Source of the DNA: Eledone cirrhosa
Taxonomy: Eukaryota
DNA: 64,000 nt
Reading direction: 5' to 3'
NCBI GenBank assembly: GCA_964016885.1
Contig: OZ024751.1
Location: forward strand, 10,912,001-10,976,000
Positions 59,601-64,000 of the stretch are shown one piece after another; positions within the stretch are counted from its first letter, which is position 1; every line of letters begins with the position of its first letter. The translations under genes were made by a program, and so were the position numbers. Under the pieces are notes generated by a model. The model was not told the DNA's origin. It saw only the letters and a program-made list of their open reading frames with translations, and did no database searches.

Positions 59601-62370
59601 TTATTGCTGTTGTTATTGTTGCTGCAGTAGTGTTATTGGGATTGTTATTGTTGCTGCATTAGTGTTATTGCTGTTGTTATTGTTGCTACAGTAGTGTTAT
59701 TGGGGTTGTTATTGTTGCTGCAGTAGTGTTATTGCTGTTGTTATTGTTGCTACAGTAGTGTTATTGCTGTTGTTATTGTTGCTGCGTAGTGTTATTGCTG
59801 TTGTTATTGTTGCTTCAGTAGTGTTATTGTTGCTCCAGCAGTGTTATTGGGGTAGTTATTGTTGCTACGGTACTGTTATCGTTGTTGTTATTGTTGCTGC
59901 AGTAGTGTTATTGCTGTTGTCATTGTTGCTGCAGCAGTGTTATTGCTGTTGTTATTGTTGCTACAGTAGTGTTATTGCTGTTGTTATTGTTGCTGCAGTA
60001 GTGTTATTGCTGTTGTTATTGTTGCTACAGTAGTGTTATTGCTGTTGTTATTGTTGCCACAGTAGTGTTATTGATGTGTTATTGTTGCTGCAGTAGTGTT
60101 ATTGCTGTTGTTATTGTTGCTACAGTAGTGTTATTGCTGTTGTTATTGTTGCTACAGTAGTGTTATTGCTGATGTTATTGTTGCTACAGTAGTGTTATTG
60201 CTGTTGTTATTGTTGCTGCAGGGTTGTTATTGTTGCTGCAGTAGTGTTATTGCTGTCGTTATTGTTGCTGCAGTAGTGTCATTGGGGTTGTTATTGTTGC
60301 TGCAGTAGTGTAATTGTTGTTGTTATTGTTGCTGCAGTAGTTTTATTGATGTTCTTATTGTTGCTGCAGTAGTGTTATTGCTGTTGCTATTGTTGATGCA
60401 GTAGTGTTATTGCTGTTGTTATTGTTGCTACTGTAGTGTTATTGGGGTTGTTATTGTTGCTGCAGTAGTGTTATTGTTGCTGCAGTAGTGTTATTGCTGT
60501 TGTTATTGTTGCCACAGTAGTGTTATTGCTGTGTTATTGTTGCTGCAGTAGTGTTATTGCTGTTGTTATTGTTGCTACAGTAGTGTTATTGGAGTTGTTA
60601 TTGTTGCTGCAATAGGGTTACTGCTGTTGCAGCAGTGTTATTGCTGTTTTTATTGTTGCTGCATTAGTGTTATTGGAGTTGTTATTGTTGCTGCAGTAGG
60701 GTTACTGCTGTGGCAGCAGTGTTATTGCGGTTGTTATTGTTGCTACAGTAGTGTTATTGCTGTTGTTATTGTTGCTGCAGTAGTGTTATTGCGGTTGTTA
60801 TTGTTGCTACAGTAGTGTTATTGCTGTTGTTATTGTTGCTACAGTAGTGTTATTGCTGTTGTTATTGTTGCTGCGTAGTGTTATTGCTGTTGTTATTGTT
60901 GCTTCAGTAGTGTTATTGTTGCTCCAGTAGTGTTATTGGGGTAGTTATTGTTGCTACAGTACTGTTATCGTTGTTGTTATTGTTGCTGCAGTAGTGTTAT
61001 TGCTGTTGTCATTGTTGCTGCAGCAGTGTTATTGCTGTTGTTATTGTTGCTACAGTAGTGTTATTGCTGTTGTTATTGTTGCTGCAGTAGTGTTATTGCT
61101 GTTGTTATTGTTGCCACAGTAGTGTTATTGCTGTGTTATTGTTGCTGCAGTAGTGTTATTGCTGTTGTTATTGTTGCTACAGTAGTGTTATTGCTGTTGT
61201 TATTGTTGCTACAGTAGTGTTATTGCTGATGTTATTGTTGCTACAGTAGTGTTATTGCTGTTGTTATTGTTGCTGCAGGGTTGTTATTGTTGCTGCAGTA
61301 GTGTTATTGCTGTCGTTATTGTTGCTGCAGTAGTGTCATTGGGGTTGTTATTGTTGCTGCAGTAGTGTAATTGTTGTTGTTATTGTTGCTGCAGTAGTTT
61401 TATTGATGTTCTTATTGTTGCTGCAGTAGTGTTATTGCTGTTGCTATTGTTGATGCAGTAGTGTTATTGCTGTTGTTATTGTTGCTACTGTAGTGTTATT
61501 GGGGTTGTTATTGTTGCTGCAGTCGTGTTATTGCTGTTGTTATTGTTGCCACAGTAGTGTTATTGCTGTGTTATTGTTGCTGCAGTAGTGTTATTGCTGT
61601 TGTTATTGTTGCTACAGTAGTGTTATTGGAGTTGTTATTGTTGCTGCAATAGGGTTACTGCTGTTGCAGCAGTGTTATTGCTGTTTTTATTGTTGCTGCA
61701 GTAGTGTTATTGGAGTTGTTATTGTTGCTGCAGTAGGGTTACTGCTGTGGCAGCAGTGTTATTGCGGTTGTTATTGTTGCTACAGTAGTGTTATTGCTGT
61801 TGTTATTGTTGCTGCAGTAGTGTTATTGCGGTTGTTATTGTTGCTACAGTAGTGTTATTGCTGTTGTTATTGTTGCTGCATTAGTGTTATTGCTGTTGTT
61901 ATTGTTGCTACAGTAGTGTGATTGGGTTTGTTATTGTTGCTGCAGTAGTGTTATTGCTGTTGTTATTGTTGCTACAGTAGTGTTATTGGGGTTGTCATTG
62001 TTGCTGCAGTAGTGTTATTGCCGTTGTTATTGTTGCTGCAGTAGTGTTATTGCTGTTCTTATTGTTGCTACAGTAGTGTTGTTGGGGTTGTTATTGTTGC
62101 TACAGTAGTGTTATTGCTGATGTTATTGTTGCTACAGTAGTGTTATTGCTGTTGTTATTGTTGCTACAGTAGTGTTATTGCTGTTGTTATTGTTGCTGCA
62201 GTAGTGTTATTGTTGTTATTGTTGCTGCAGTAGTGTTATTGGAGTTGTTATTGTTGCTACAGTAGTGTTATTGTGGTTGTTATTGTTGATACAGTAGTGT
62301 TATTGCTGTTGTTATTGTTGCTGCAGTAGTGTTATTGCTGTTGTTTTTTTGCAGCAGTGTTATTGCGTTT
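50661..62370. repeat. ~11.7 kb 32-bp minisatellite (agtagtgttattgctgttgttattgttgct(a/g)c)
   Basis: Period of 32 measured at 50671, 50703 and 50735. Several hundred units. Confidence 0.97.
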
Positions 62371-62629
62371 GTCATTATTTTAGTAGTTGTAGCTGTTGTT
62401 ATTTTTTTAGTATTAGTTGTTATTGTTGCAGTAGTTGTTATTGCTGATGTTGAGCTAGTTGTTATTGTTGTCATCATTGATTGCTGTTAGTAGTAGTAAT
62501 ATTAATAGTAATTGTAGTCGTAGTTGTTATAGATTTTGTTAGTTTCTGCTGCTACCGATGGTGATGATGATGGAGGTGACAGTGTTCACAGTCGTGAAAC
62601 TGAAGTCTGTGATAAGACAGGCCTCCAGA

Positions 62630-62778
62630 ACTACAGGTTCCATTCATTTTTTCCAGCTAAGTGAACTGAAGCAATGTGAAATTAATTGTATTGCTCAGAC
62701 ACTACCTGTCGACAGGAATCCAAATCTCGACCTTATTATCGTGAGCTGTGCACCATAACCACTAAGCCACGCACCTCA
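62630..62778 (-). mobile_element. Degenerate tRNA-SINE, third family
   Basis: gtgaactgaagcaatgtgaaattaattgtattgctcag...accactaagccacgcacc reads as a reverse-complement tRNA head plus central domain. Confidence 0.5.
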
Positions 62779-62901
62779 CTAAATATGCCTAAAGATATAT
62801 ATTAAAATAAAGGTATAGAACACGACATTTATGTGAAAATTTAGAATATCCTAATTGTTTCTAAATGCATTTTGTTTGTATAGGTGTCACGTCACACACA
62901 C

Positions 62902-62938
<37 letters not shown>

Positions 62939-63014
62939 CGAAGGAAATGTGGTAAGGAACCAGGTGGACCATAACGCACCAAAGTACTCAATACTTGAGG
63001 TAGTAGAGTGGGTA

Positions 63015-63143
63015 ATAGGAACCAGTAAGACCCCGACAGCTGAGCTCAAGCCGTTTCGACGGCTAATTCTGGACTCAGAATTAGTCCAGAATTAGCCGTC
63101 GAAACGGCTTGAGCTCAGCTGTCGGGGTCTTACTGGTTCCTAT
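63015..63143. repeat. Perfect palindrome (61-bp arms, 7-nt loop) of the 3' half of an HHR element
   Basis: 63015-63075 is the reverse complement of 63083-63143. Contains GAAA-cggc..gctg-TC. Ends in (TA)n. Confidence 0.92.
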
Positions 63144-63199
63144 ATATATATATATATATATATATAAAGGAAAACCACAGACCCTCCATCTCAACTCTA

Positions 63200-63235
63200 C
63201 TTTTGAAAAGCAGAAGAACTGCGAAACCGGTAAAG
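63200..63235 (+). ncRNA. Minimal hammerhead with U3-A8 variant core
   Basis: ctt-TTGAAAA-gcag aagaa ctgc-GAAA-ccgg-TA-aag, followed by aataaa and TA. Confidence 0.55.
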
Positions 63236-63363
63236 GAACCAAATAAATATATATATTTTTTAAAATAAGATTCCAGTTGCATTTTCGATTTCATCTTTTT
63301 TTCTTTATGCTTTCACTCGTGTAGGGCACCTCGGTTATTTTTCATTTTGTAAAAAAACCTCAC

Positions 63364-63395
<32 letters not shown>

Positions 63396-64000
63396 CCAGG
63401 GAGTGTAAGGTGAAGAAGTTACTGTAGGTTCACCCAGGTGAGCTCTCAATGTTTCGGTTCACATCTGTAGCGAGGTGTAGAGCTAAAACAGAGTGTAAAT
63501 ATAATACAAGTACGATTTCAGCTCAAGGTTCGATCTATATCGATCTGGTCTGATTCTGGAATCAAAAGCTCGCAGGACCTCTGCTGCTGTAATGACAGAA
63601 TGAACACACACGCACGAACGCACCCACACGTGTGTGTGTGTCTCTCTATATATATAGTAATAATAATAAATGCGAAGACTTAAATCCAAAGAGGGCTCAA
63701 TAAGGATCAATATATATCAAATATATAAGAAACCTAGAGCAAATATTTATTAAAGTATCAGATTAAAGTTTAAGCAAAGAATCGCTGCTTTGACTCCCTC
63801 CCTCCCCCACATATATATATATATATATACACGTTGATTTATAGAGAAAGGATGCAGCTCCTTAATTCATACGCTACAAATGATTGCAATATCTGGAAGC
63901 TTCAAAATCTGTAAAACATTCTTACGATTCAAAGGATCAACTCTTCCATAAGTGACAGCGAAAATTTCTTTTTTCTTTATAACCATGCCACCGGGAAGAT

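Overview
Repeat-dominated eukaryotic DNA. The SINE types and the extreme (TA)n/(CA)n load suggest an octopus or other cephalopod, which is an inference. Nearly all ORF-track entries are translations of microsatellites. Supported content: large AAC/GTT minisatellites (2.2-6.1, 37-42.4 and 50.7-62.4 kb), many compound TA microsatellites, about 15 tRNA-derived SINEs, and three RTE-type LINE fragments, two of them tail-to-tail. No host gene could be confidently assembled; there are only a few weak exon and promoter candidates. The main hidden signal is a set of short non-coding elements from at least six unrelated sequence families, each carrying a type I hammerhead ribozyme (HHR) motif. Nearly all have their 3' end abutting a (TA)n tract. 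They occur as tandem ~472-bp units (retrozyme-like) or as near-perfect fold-back palindromes (Penelope pLTR-like). Stems covary between family members, and one family has a U3-A8 variant core.
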